From Utricularia gibba (lineage: Eukaryota > Plantae > Magnoliophyta), in NCBI GenBank assembly GCA_002189035.1, contig NEEC01000011.1, positions 1,984,001 through 2,048,000 of the forward strand: 64,000 bases of DNA. The letters are read 5' to 3'. Below the pieces are notes generated by a model. The model was not told the origin of the DNA. It did not search any database and saw only the letters and a list, made by a program, of their open reading frames with translations. Each line of letters opens with the position of its first letter. Position 1 is the first letter of the stretch. Below, piece by piece: positions 29,184 to 41,400 of this stretch. The translations under genes were made by a program, and so were the position numbers.

Positions 29184-31100
29184 ATGCCCAGTCCCAAAAG
29201 TTTGGTGGAAGAGGAAATGGCTTCTTCCCAAGAACCCCAACTCCTCAATTTCCAAGAGAGCAGCTCCCTTGTTGATTCTGATGAGCAGCGCCAGTTTGGT
29301 AAACTTCTGTGCTCCTATTTAGGCCTGAGTTTTGCTGTGTTTCTTGGGTTGTTACCCGGAAACTCAATTTCAATAATGTCTGCTCTCCAATCCAAGAACA
29401 AGGCTCTGTCATTGAAGCTTCTGGAGGCAGAGGAGGAGTTGAGGCAGCTTCACTGTAGCAGGAAGGAGGACTCTAAGGCAAATGCGAGGGTTGTTGAGAT
29501 ATTTGCTTGTCATAGGCATGCATGGCAGCAGGAAGAGAAGAGACTGTGCCAGCAGATCGATGAATACAATGAGGAGATGGCGTTTCTGAAGGGTAAAGTT
29601 GAGGAGTTTGAGCGAGTTGAGGCTGACCTGAAGGCTACAATTGATGATTTGAAGAGGGAAATTTGTCACAAGGATGAAATGCTTAGGTTCATGAGTAAAG
29701 CTGCAGCTGTTCACTGTGAAGAAAGGGGTGAATTGGGGTATGGGAAAGCTGGGGTTTCTGATTCTTCTGAATATGACGCTGTGGGAGAGACTGGATCTGT
29801 TTGTGGACAGAGCAACTGTGGGTTTAGTCCAGCAGAATATTTGCATCATCCAGCTTCCAAATTCTGGTCGGAGAAGACAAGTCCATGGCCGGTAACATTT
29901 GTTGCTTCTGCATTTCAACTTCATCTTCCATATTTATTCAGTTGCACTGAATCTTAGGCTGAGTTAGCAGAGCTTGAAAAGTAAACCCATTAGAAACACT
30001 ATTCACCCTCATCGCCTCAATCTTACCAGGAGACTGTAGTTTGAAGTTCAGATCTTCATTTCATGGTTATCCACGTACTGTTGCTGCTGTAATAGTTCCC
30101 TTGTCTTATCCTCGTCCTCTGGAAGTACTTTTTTGTGAAGGCTGTCACCACAGACAAAATGAGCTTGACCTTTTTGTTATACTGATTGGATTCTTCGCCT
30201 CCTGAGTTTTTCACACTTGCTTGAACATAGAAATGAGGCTTTCTTCATCCAACTTTGCAGATCCATCATAATGTTTAATACAAACTAAATACCCTTTTTA
30301 TGTGTTCCTGAATGGAGATTTACTTATGCAGGATATGCAGCTTGAGCCTCTTGAATCACATTACCAGATGAAGTATTTAGTCACAAGGTAGTAGAAGTCT
30401 GGTTGCATACATTCCCTATGATGGGCAGTAGTCGCCTCTTTTATATGAAGTTCATTTTATCCCTTTAACATCCTGTTTCAGACGGGAGTCGCCTTGGAAG
30501 GTGGATGGAGAGGAAGCCAATGGAGTTACTTCTAAGATGAAGTTGCTAGAGCAAGAACTCCAGGACTTAGAAGCAATATGCAATGGAAATAGCTCGAACT
30601 TTGTATTGAAGTTGCGAAAACAGAGCAAGAGATACCAGACATTGTCCTGCAAACTGAATGAGCTCTGCCATAGGATGGTAAGTTTGCTGCATTTCCTTGG
30701 TAAAAGGGAAGCCGGCTTTCTGATGTTGATGCTTGTCTGACTTTGATAGCAAGAACCATGTGAAGCCACCAGCCTCAGTTCAGAATTCCGCACACATAGG
30801 CAGACTGAGTTTTTGCTGGAAGCCTTCCGGCTTCAGCAGAATGCATCTGATGCAGGTCAAAAGCTGATGGCATTACAATCTGAGATGGGGAGGAGCCGAT
30901 TTGAAGATGATGTCGAAGATGGGCCGACTAAGCAAGCCGTGAGACGATCGCATGTTTCAATCAGGAACAACCTCAAGGAAATCCAGAGGAACTTGGAGAT
31001 ATGGCTGGCAAGAATCATAGGAGACGTTGAAGGAATTTTGGCCAGAGAAAGTGCTTCGCGTGGAAGGGATTACTGCACTCGGTATCCTTTTGCTCAGTAA
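29184..31100 (+). CDS. Plant coiled-coil protein of unknown function (At3g45900 / 'RNase P p38-like' family), 4 exons
   Basis: YLGLSFAVFL hydrophobic patch, FACHRHAWQQEEKRL coiled coil, RESPWKVDG, LEAFRLQQ, EIQRNLEIWLARIIGDVEGILARE. Exon phases join across GT-AG introns. Family label is from recall. Confidence 0.75.
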
Positions 31101-31239
31101 CATAGAAAGAAGCCAAAAAGTTGAGTGCTTTCCCTACTGTTAAGCGAAGCTGCAAAATCTATAGACATAAAACACCTATCCTATCGGATTCCAAATGCTA
31201 ATAAAAAATACAACAGCTCAGAAGATGCAAAAATTCACC

Positions 31240-34221
31240 TCAAATCAAGCAGCCCTTAAAGCCTTTTCTCAGGGCGTTCTCGTCTAAATTCCTGCCGATG
31301 AACACTAGCTTGTTTATCCTTTTCTCATCCGGGCTCCATTCCTTGCCCGGGCATCCATCAAAAATGGTGTGGACTGCCTGTTCAGTTGGTTACAGTTTGA
31401 GTACAGCCATGGGGGAGAACACCCACATTGGTTGCAGATCAAGTGAAAAGTGGGAGAGATAACCTGGAATACATAACGCTGCTCCGAGTTACTGACTGAC
31501 AATATTCCTTTCATCCGGTAGAGATCATCACCCTTCTCTTCTACCAATGTATCAAGCCAGTCGTCAAACTGCATTATCAGAAGCAAGGTTAGGCAATCAT
31601 GCATTGCTTACTGATAACAGAAGCAAAAGAATCATTTGGTTTTCAAGCTTGATACTATAGGGTGTTGTAGTTCACTGAATATATAAACAAAACTAACTAT
31701 AGCAAAAAAGGTAAAATGCCCATATATAAAATTACATCATTAGTAAGAAGAGGAGCACATACATAATCAAGATCTAATGTCCCTTCAGACACAATGCTCA
31801 CGCTTGAAACTGCAGAATCGTGTTTATGGTCATGATTACCCTCACAGACATCTTCTGTGCGCAAAAAAGAATGGCAAGAGGTTCAGCTGAGATAAATCTC
31901 CCACTTATTGAACAGTGATAATAAACATGCAACGTGTTCAAACATGTAAACAGCAGCCAACACCTAGAGCAGCAGTCAATTTGTATCCCCAAAAACTTCA
32001 CAATTTTTCGCTCGTTTATTAAGAAAGCACTTCTACTGTTCCTCAAGAAGCATGTAAAAGAAATAATGACACAGTAAATGCAACACATGTACCTGAATGG
32101 TCATGCGAACAGTTTGAATCATGTGTTTTTACTTCAGATTCGATCCTGAAATTAATAACTCGAGTGTCATCCAAGTTATAGCCGACCAAAAAAAGTCACC
32201 AGGGATTGCAGGAAAGGCAATGTATTTCTCCAGTAAGCATTATTCGGATGTGTTACCTATCAAGATCATATCCTCCAACTCCTAGAACAAAGTCCATGTC
32301 TACCGATCCATACTTGGCATATTTAATTGGCGCAATTCCATTGATCAGCTGGAAAAATAAAGCAGCGGTACACTCTTCAGTTAAAATACATAACGGACAT
32401 ATGATTGAGGATTTTGAACTACTATGGCATAACAGAAAGCACGTGGGTACACAAAACATTCCATCACGAATGTACTGAGAACTTTCTTCCATGCTTAATG
32501 GAAAAATAGCCACAACTTCGTATCAGTTACACGACTTATATGCATGGAATAAATAAAATGCACTTTGAGTAAAAGAGAATAGAAGATTTCCAAAGATTAA
32601 GGATAGCTGATTTTTATTTGCGCCACTTGGACTTCAAAATTAATATCATTATGAATTCATAAAATTTAGCAAAAAACCTATCTGGAATTCAAAATTAATG
32701 TCATTATGAATATGGAAAGACTACCTTGATCCTTTTTACAAGTGCCTCTATCTCAGCCTCACCGACCAAATCTATCTGTCAACATTTACTGAAAATATGA
32801 GATCAGACATAAGCACCAAAACCAATATTCCCACAAAAAACAACTAAGGGGTTTTACAATGGTAAAGTAAAAGAGAGATTCACAAACTTTGTTCAAGATG
32901 ATACGGTCAGCATAAGCAACTTGTTCGACTGCCTCATTCACGACAAACCTTGGCTTCACTTGGTTCAAATGTTTCATTGCGTTCAATGAGTCGACTAAGG
33001 TTACCACTCCATCAAGTTTCACATGGCGTGCAAGCAATTCATCACTACAAAAGGTTTCAATAACTGGACCAGGCTTTGCAAGACCTGGAAACAAAAAAGA
33101 AAAACGCAGATCTGAAAAACCAAAACTGGCTGGTATTCAAGCAAAAAAAAACACAATGAGAACACATAAAAAAAAGAAATTAAAGCTGACTGGTGTTCAA
33201 GGAAAAAACAACAATACACAAATCACACAAAAGAACACAAAAATTATAACGACGTTACAATTGGCTATCAGGATAGATGCTGAATAGATGTCTGCTAATT
33301 GCAAACCGAACAACATGAAAAAGTTGAACCCATGATCGACGCACATACCAGTTGTTTCTATAACAATGTGGTCAAACCTATCTCTTTTCTTCTTCACCAA
33401 CTCCAGGAGCATTTTAACAAGATCTCCACGGACGGTGCAGCATAGGCAACCATTATTAACCATAATTATTTCTTCATTGGATGATGAATGAGTGGCGACT
33501 AGAGAACTATCAATATCTACTTCACCAAACTGCGAAATTGGCATTGACCATGAAAAAAAAATATGTTACGCAATCCCCCCAAGGTGCTAATGTAGAACAC
33601 ATATTACAGGTTAAAACATGACCTTGAGATTATATTCAAATATCAGCATCTCAATGTGGCTCATTGAAAAAATGATGGACGGAACGTAAGCTAAGTGTTT
33701 CAATTACTCAATGTTGCCAATTTTAAGGGACTCGATTGAGAAAAAAAGGCATCTTGTAGCAATCACTCATTCATAAACACCAAGAAGAAAGAAATGAATG
33801 ATGACATGCTAAAATCCTACCTCGTTTTCGATGACAGCAATGCGTTTTCCGTGTTGAGATGTTAATATATGATTCAAAAGCGTTGTCTGCATATTAACAC
33901 ACAATTTTAGAAACTATCAAAATTCATGGAACAGAAGGCTATTACGGAAAGAACACAAGAAATAGTATTCTTTCCCACCTTCCCCGACCCGAGAAATCCT
34001 GTGAGGACAGTAGCCGGTACTCTATCATCAATATTTAAAGCAGCAGCTACAGAAGAATTCAAGCCCCGCTCAATGATCTCCGATGCTTCTGTGGAGAACT
34101 TTCTGGAACGGGAATAACAAATGGATGAATGGAAACAAGATTCCTGAAGTTGATAAGTTCTGAAAAGCATCGCGGCTGGACGGCATCCCTTCATTTTCGA
34201 GAGCATAAATCTTGTAGCCAT
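31240..34221 (-). CDS. CobW/ZNG1-family (COG0523) metallochaperone GTPase with N-terminal organellar targeting peptide, multi-exon
   Basis: Walker A TGFLGSGK/TT, AVIENE/FGEVDID, GCLCC (CxCC) motif, HIVIETTG, IILNK/IDL, His-rich linker, CobW_C region RMKGIL...VFQ/GVH...KLVFIGRNLD. Stop at 31240-31242. Confidence 0.92.
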
Positions 34222-34973
34222 TCCCCGGTGCGCAGGAACGAAGAAGCACACAAGAAGAAGGAAGTTAAACCTTAGGGCTTTTTTTCCTTTATTCTTCTCG
34301 TGAAATCAACACAGTTACTCTTTTATAAAGCACAAATATGGTATCGAATCAAATAAATAACCGAATAAATGTATTAACTAATAATGGAAATCAAACCGAA
34401 TCAATCTATTTTCAAAAAAAAAAAATTAATCAAGGGTGACTATTAAAATTAGTCGAAATTGAATCAAAGAATCGATAATCAAATAAATATATAAATTGAA
34501 CATCAAAACCGAATTAAAAACAAAAATATGGAAAATTTATCTAATTGTCTAAAAAAAATTCTTAATTCAATAAATAATCAAATTAAACGACAACCAATTT
34601 ATACCAAAATTTATTAATCGAAATCAAATGGAATTTTTAGGTTTGGATTCCATTTTGATATGTTTCAAAAGCACCCAGACATCAACAAACGAGTTGGGAC
34701 ATTGTTTATTGTAATTTTAAATTTGAAAATGAAATAATTAAATATATAAAAAATTATAAATTATTAATAATTGATTAAACTTAATTTTTTTAAATATAAT
34801 TCATATTTATTATATATTTAAATTTAACTTGTGTGCTCATTCTACCATGGAAAGCAAAAGCAATCTCAACGTTCATTTGATGAGTAAATTTCTGATTTGT
34901 GCAGTACATGGTCTCCAGTCAAGTGATGCCTACACAGCTATGGACATGGTTTGAATCCCTAAACAACAACACC

Positions 34974-37072
34974 TCACGTTTCTTGTATTTCTTGTATTTG
35001 TTTGACTGCCATCTCCAACTCCCACCTCTTTTCCAAGTCTTCATTGCAGCAAGCTATTCCAATCTCCAGAAGCTTCTCCATCTGCGTTCTGCAGCTCTTG
35101 GAGCTGATTTCCATTTCCTTGTCAAAGGTTTCTTCACTGTTGCTGCTATGCGCCTCTACAATGGCGCTTATCCATCCGGGAAGCCCACCATTCTGATCCC
35201 CACCGCCTTTCCCTATGTAATTGGCTACAAACTTCCCAGTCAGAGTCTCCAATATTAGGATTCCCAAGCACCAGACATCGGATTTCTTGCTGATCTTCCC
35301 TGTTTTGGAGTACTCAGGAGATTGATATGCCAGAAGCACTTGGTGCACTTGACTGGAATTCACCACAGGCGCTAAGGAGTAGTCCATGAGCAAGGGGTTG
35401 AAGTCATCGTCCACCAGCACGTTCGAGGATTTCAGGTGGCCGTGAGGAAGGGGGAGGCTTGGGAGCTCACCATGAATGTATGCCAATCCCTTGGCTACTC
35501 CCTTTATGATCTTCAACCGGCTTATCCATTTCAAAGATGGCTTCTCTGCTGAATGCTTTCCTGCACAAATCAATGGCTTTCAAGTCACATCATGCAGGTA
35601 TATGCAAACAAATCTTTCGGTTTTCAGTGCTGACCATGAAGGTGAGTTGCCAAGCTGCCATTGTTGATGTAGTCGAAGACTAACAGCTTTTCTTCTTTGC
35701 GATAGAAGTAGGCAACCATGGGCAGCAAGTTTGGATGTTTGAGCCTCCCAATTCTTCTCATATGCTCATGGAAGTCTTCCTTCCCCACGCTGTTCATTTG
35801 CTTGAATCTCTTGACAACCAATGGCTCCCCATCTACTAGAACTGCTTTATATGATGCCCGAAGTTGCCGCTTCCAAGAACTTCAGCTGATGCTCTCATCA
35901 GATCCGGCAAGTCGAACTTCTGCCTCTCCTCGCTGACAAATGTGAGCTTGGTTCCTGCTGCTACAGTCGTGGCTGTTGTTTGCTCATTTCTTCTTTCACC
36001 AGCAGCGGGAGAAGCAGCGCTTCCCACAGGTAGTCCCTTTTCTTCATAAGGAGATGATCCTTCTCTTCCGAGGCGTGGAGTCGGCATTCTTCGACTCCGA
36101 ATGCATATCAGAAGCAGCAAAACAACCACGATCAGACCGAGGATGACGAAGATGATCATCAGTGCTGTTGAGAATGTGTTTTGATTCGCATCGGATGCAG
36201 GAGATGAGGACGATGATGCTGGAGGAGAAGAATCTAGCGTCGGTTCCAAATCAGGCGACGGAATCTTGGCATCGCATGGTGTTTGCAAAGGCTTTCCACA
36301 CAATGCTTTATTTTCTGCATCACAAGAACAGTTATCACAACTCTTCTGTTGAGCAGTTCAATGCATGAAGACAATCTGCACCTGCGAAGGAGCTTGGGTC
36401 CATATGCTGCAGATTGGCAGGAATGGGGCCATCCAACTGATTGCTGGAGACGTTCAGAACCTTGAGATTCTCCGAGCTGATGGCCGGAATCTTGCCTGTG
36501 AAACGATTGTTCTCCACCCTCAGCTGGATCAGTTTCGGCGACTGGAGAGACGACGGAATCTGCCCGGAAAATTCGTTGTTCGCTAAATCAACTTTCTTCA
36601 GAGAAGTCATCCCCTTGAAAGCGTCATCCGGGATCTCCCCAGAAAACCGATTATGCGACAGAAACAACGACTTGAGAGCCCCAAGCTTCCGCCAATCCGG
36701 CATCTGCCCTTGAAAGTCATTGTTCTTAAAGCTGAGAGTCCTTAGAAACTTCAAGGGAACGAGAGATCCCGCATCGATTTGCCCCTGCAGACTCATATTC
36801 TCCAGCTGCAATCCCCACACGTAGCCGTCGAAGCAGAGGATGCCTCCCCAGTTGCTCTTATACCCAGCGCAGGGCGGAACCGCTGTGTCCCATTTGGGGA
36901 AACGGGCATCCACATTGGCCAAGGAAGATTTGAACTTGAGCAGAGCCATGGAACCATTTTCATCCCCCGCGAATCCGAGGACCGGCAACCACCCAAGAAG
37001 CATCAGAAGGATCATCGGCATTGCTGCTGGGCAGCGCACAGGAGGGGGGGCGTCGTCTCCGGTCGACGGCAT
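34974..37072 (-). CDS. Pollen receptor-like kinase (LRR-III PRK type); introns 36315-36381 and 35561-35634; 1-nt frameshift at about 35857
   Basis: Signal peptide, LRRNT W...PC....W.GILC, LRRs (LKSLFLSHNRFSGEIP), TM segment IIFVILGLIVVVLLLLICI, FDLPDLMRASAEVLGSGNFG, VVKRFK, HGHLKSSNVLVD, KKSDVWCLGILILE. Confidence 0.92.
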
Positions 37073-38401
37073 TGCTGATCGATCATGGCATGGAGAGGGT
37101 ATTAAGCTCTTCGCTTGATCTTCCACTGGGAAACGAAGGATTTGCAAAGCCAATGGAAATGGGAATGGAATTCTGTGGCTGCAGAACACACTCATCAAAA
37201 CACATAACAAGAAATTCAAGTATCAAACCGGTTTTTGAGGAGGCAACTATAAATGGAAGGCCCGTAGAAGAAGACAACTCAATTTATTATATTCCTTTAT
37301 AATTCTTATTATCAATATTCAAAAATGAAATGATAATGGATAATTATATTCATAAAAAAAATCAGATACAGTAATTAAAACTGTATTCATTTTTAAATTA
37401 AATGCACATATAAATGGATAAATGATAATTTATAGGGCAATTTACCGCATAAATTCCTAAAGTTTTTAAAATTGGTATGATTAGTCCTCGATATTTAATA
37501 AAAATAGCATAAATAGTTTCAATTGACATATGTAGTCCCAAATTTTGACGGAATATATTTAGTTGCCAATCTTTTTTAATTCAATTAAATTTGATTTCCA
37601 TTATTTAATAATTTGACAAAATTAGATTTGTTCCCGCTATCGTCGGGCCGCTGCTAACCACCGCCGATCACCACGGACCACCGTCGGCAGTGCCCCTGCC
37701 GCCCACCACCCGCGCGCCCCGCCGCCACCGCTGCACAACCGCTGGCCGCTGCCGCTCGCTGACGCTTGGCGCCTGCCGGTGCTCGGGGATCAATTGTATC
37801 AATTTGCATTTTACAAATATATTTTTTAAAAATGCAAATTAATTTTCTGTCACATACTTTTTAATGCAAAATAATTTATTTAAGAAATATTATTATATCA
37901 ATATATTAATTAATTTTGTTTATTGATTTGAAAAAATTTAATACATTTTTATTTTGACACATTTAGATTAAAATAAATTAAAAATATTTTAAAAAAATGA
38001 AACAATAGACAAACAAACATGAATTACGATAATTTTGAATATTATAAAAAAATACACGACAAAATTACCCCTTGTTGAAATAAAAACAAAATATATCATC
38101 ATAATAATGACTTGTTTATTTGGTAGAGCAGCAGCCACAACAATCAAGAACAAGATCGACCCCCTGCCTCTAATAGCCTTCAAGGTAACACTCACGATAC
38201 AGAACCGGCGTTCCGGTCGATCGGTATCCCGTCGGAGAAACTAAGGGGCACGGCAGGCGCCGTGTACATGGCCTCCGAGGCTGTGCTTCCAGAACTATAA
38301 ATCAACTCACAGAAGAAGCCTATACCTCGTTTTACAGTGTGGCCTGCAGCCTCGACCAGTCTCAGAGAAGATAGCGCGCACTTGCACTGGATGTCTCTCT
38401 A

Positions 38402-41400
38402 TCACATGAAGTAGCTGAGGGGTTTCGTCCTGCAGGAACCCCCTCACCGTACATCTCGTTCCACTGGAGAAGCTCTGTCATGCTCATGGAACCCGAAGAT
38501 ACGCTTGCACATACCTGTGGAGCATCGTGGAGAAAAGGAGTGGGGAGTTACCACATGAGTAGGCTTTTTGAATTCACAAGTTTCATATGGTTGGCTGTTT
38601 ACTCACTCTCTCATGTCCAAACTTGAAGTCTTGTATGTTGAGAGGCCGAATATCAGTGCTCCCGCTGAGAGCTGGTGCAGGTCTGCCTTCAGTGAGAGCA
38701 GCTTCTTGATCCTGGCGTTCAGTAGGAAACTTGCATTAAAATGCACACCCCTTATGTGGTACATGGACTCAAAAATGCAGATGGGACCGGAATAAAACAA
38801 GAAAACCACCATGATACTGGAAGAAAAAAGGGTTACCCAGGCTTCTGATACCAGGGGGGAGGAGAATACCTTTTTCTCTTTTTCCAGTATCTCTCTAATT
38901 GGACGATGTGCAGCTGCTATACACATGTTCTGGAGACACATATTACAGATTGTTTAGGCACTTGAAATATACATTTAATATAGGAGTACTGAAATACGAC
39001 CTTGAGATCACTTCCTGAGTAGCCATCGGTCATGTTTGCCACTAAATCCAGGTCTACCTCAGGAGAAAGATCTTCCTTTGCCAGTATTACTTTGAGGATC
39101 TTGGCTCGATTAGCAGCATCTGGCAAGTTGACCATTAATCTGCATTGGGAGACCAACTTGTTAGTGTTGGAAACATGCAAAACAGGTTTAATATTGTTGG
39201 AATGGCTAGTGAGATGTTGGGTGATTTGATTAAGGATAATTCAATGTCAAGGATTTCATCTTTCTCAAGATGCACTCAAACATGAGCATAAGCAATCAAC
39301 AGTACATTCTGCATATTTCTTTACCTGCGTGGTAGGCGCCTAATTACTGCCTCATCAAGGTCAAATGGTCTATTTGTTGCAGCAAGCACCAAAATGCGCT
39401 CTGAGTCCTTTGTTCGAAGCCCATCCCAGTTGACCATGAATTCATTTTTCATTTTGCGCATAGCCTCATGTTCCCCAGGGTTCTCTCGTCTCCCAAGCAT
39501 GCTATCAACCTTTAAGACCCACAATTGTAAAACATTTTTAACACACGCAACTAGTTGGAGGAAACACAGAAACGAGCAAAACCATACCTCATCAACAAAT
39601 ATAACACATGGGGAGATTTTACTGGCGAGTGAGAAGACAGCCTTGACGTATTTTTCACCTTCACCGAACCACTACATGAATAGATTACATAGACAGTATT
39701 GATGAAAATTTGAAATAACTATGAAAAAGAAATCCCAATAAGACGAAATTTAAAGCAAGGAACCTTTGAACTAATGCTGGACATTGAAATGTTAATGAAG
39801 TTTGCACCAGCCTCAGTTGCCACAGCCTTTGCAAGCATCGTCTTTCCTGTTCCTGGAGGGCCGAATAATAGTATACCCTTGCATGGCTGGCAAACATAAA
39901 GGACATTAGGTTTAAGTAGAAATTATTGCGGATACATAAATGACATGATCAGTTATTTTCAAAAAGACTTCTTAAATTACAGGTCAAGCACAAAACCTTT
40001 GTCAACTGTCCCTTGCAGAAAAGTTCAGGTCTCTGTAAGGGAAGCATAACCAACTCTTTCAGTGTATCTTTGACACTTTCTAATGCTCCTATGTCATCAA
40101 ATGTCACACCAATGTCGCTAGGAGGGATTACATCAGCTAGAAGCTTCTTCTCAAACTCATTTTCAGTGGCAACATCCTGTACATATTAAAAAAAGCAAAA
40201 GCCATAAAATCGTCATCCAAAAACATAATAAACTCAACTTCTAAGTGTCACCTTCAAGGTCTTTTTTGAACCCTTAGTGTCATTTTGAGTAGCGTTCAAT
40301 ATCTTAATGCCATGCTGAAGGCTAACGTCAAGCAAAGTAATGGTTAACTCCAAAGCTAGACTAACGTGTGCCAGACCAAAAGAGAATCAATCCTGTTACC
40401 TCTCTGTAGACAAGACAAGCATTGTGTCTGCAAAAACTTCAGGATTCATCATTATGTGATGGCTTAAAGCCCATCCAACCACCTTCTCCGCACCTTCAAA
40501 GTGTTTTAAGACTTCAATCAAAATTATATGACAGGTTTTTGCCTCATTTGATGTGAAAAGATTCTTTCATTTTCTCTCACGCGGCAGATACTAATTTACA
40601 ATTATTTATTTGCCCTTCTGATCTCAACCAATAGCAGAAACAGTCATGAATTCCACGTCCAAGCAACAGGGACTCTACCTAGGGCCTTCATCAAGATACA
40701 TAAACTAAAAATGCACACAGAGGTTAAACAAAGAGAATCTTACTCTCATTTGTAAGTGTTTGATCTTTAAAATTTAAATTGTCAAATCCGGCAGCTTCCA
40801 GTTCACTGCGACTTAGAACCTGAGGTTACAGAATGAGCCAGATCATCAGCACTATCAGAAACTTTATGCCAGCTAATCAGTCGTAAGATGCTGAGAAGTA
40901 ATGGATGTTGGGTAAACTGGATGACTATATTTACTAGATGAACCACAAAATTAACATTCACCTAGAAAATACATGCCACAAACAACACTCATCGCTGATG
41001 GAAATCTCTTAGTTGAAAGGGCATATAGATTGCAGAAAATAAGAACCATATAAACTGAATTTCAAGTGCACATAAACATTTTCTCACAGTGCGCAAATTA
41101 CTCAGATTCGCCTTGATTTTCAAACTTTCAGAATCACGGTCCAATTGCTGCTTCCAACTTGTAAGGAGTACTTCATCCTGAGGCAAAAACAAGCATCATT
41201 ATACACTCTAACATAAAGCAAGCTTGCGCATGTGTAAACAAAGAAAGAAAGAACCTGTGGCGGATGTATCATCACTTTATTGGGGAAAAGTTTAGACAGA
41301 AGCTTAGATGCCTTAGTAACATCTTTATTTCTATCATGTAGCCTCCCAAAACTATCCTGATACAATCAAAGACTGAGCATGTTATGAAGACAACAAGCTA

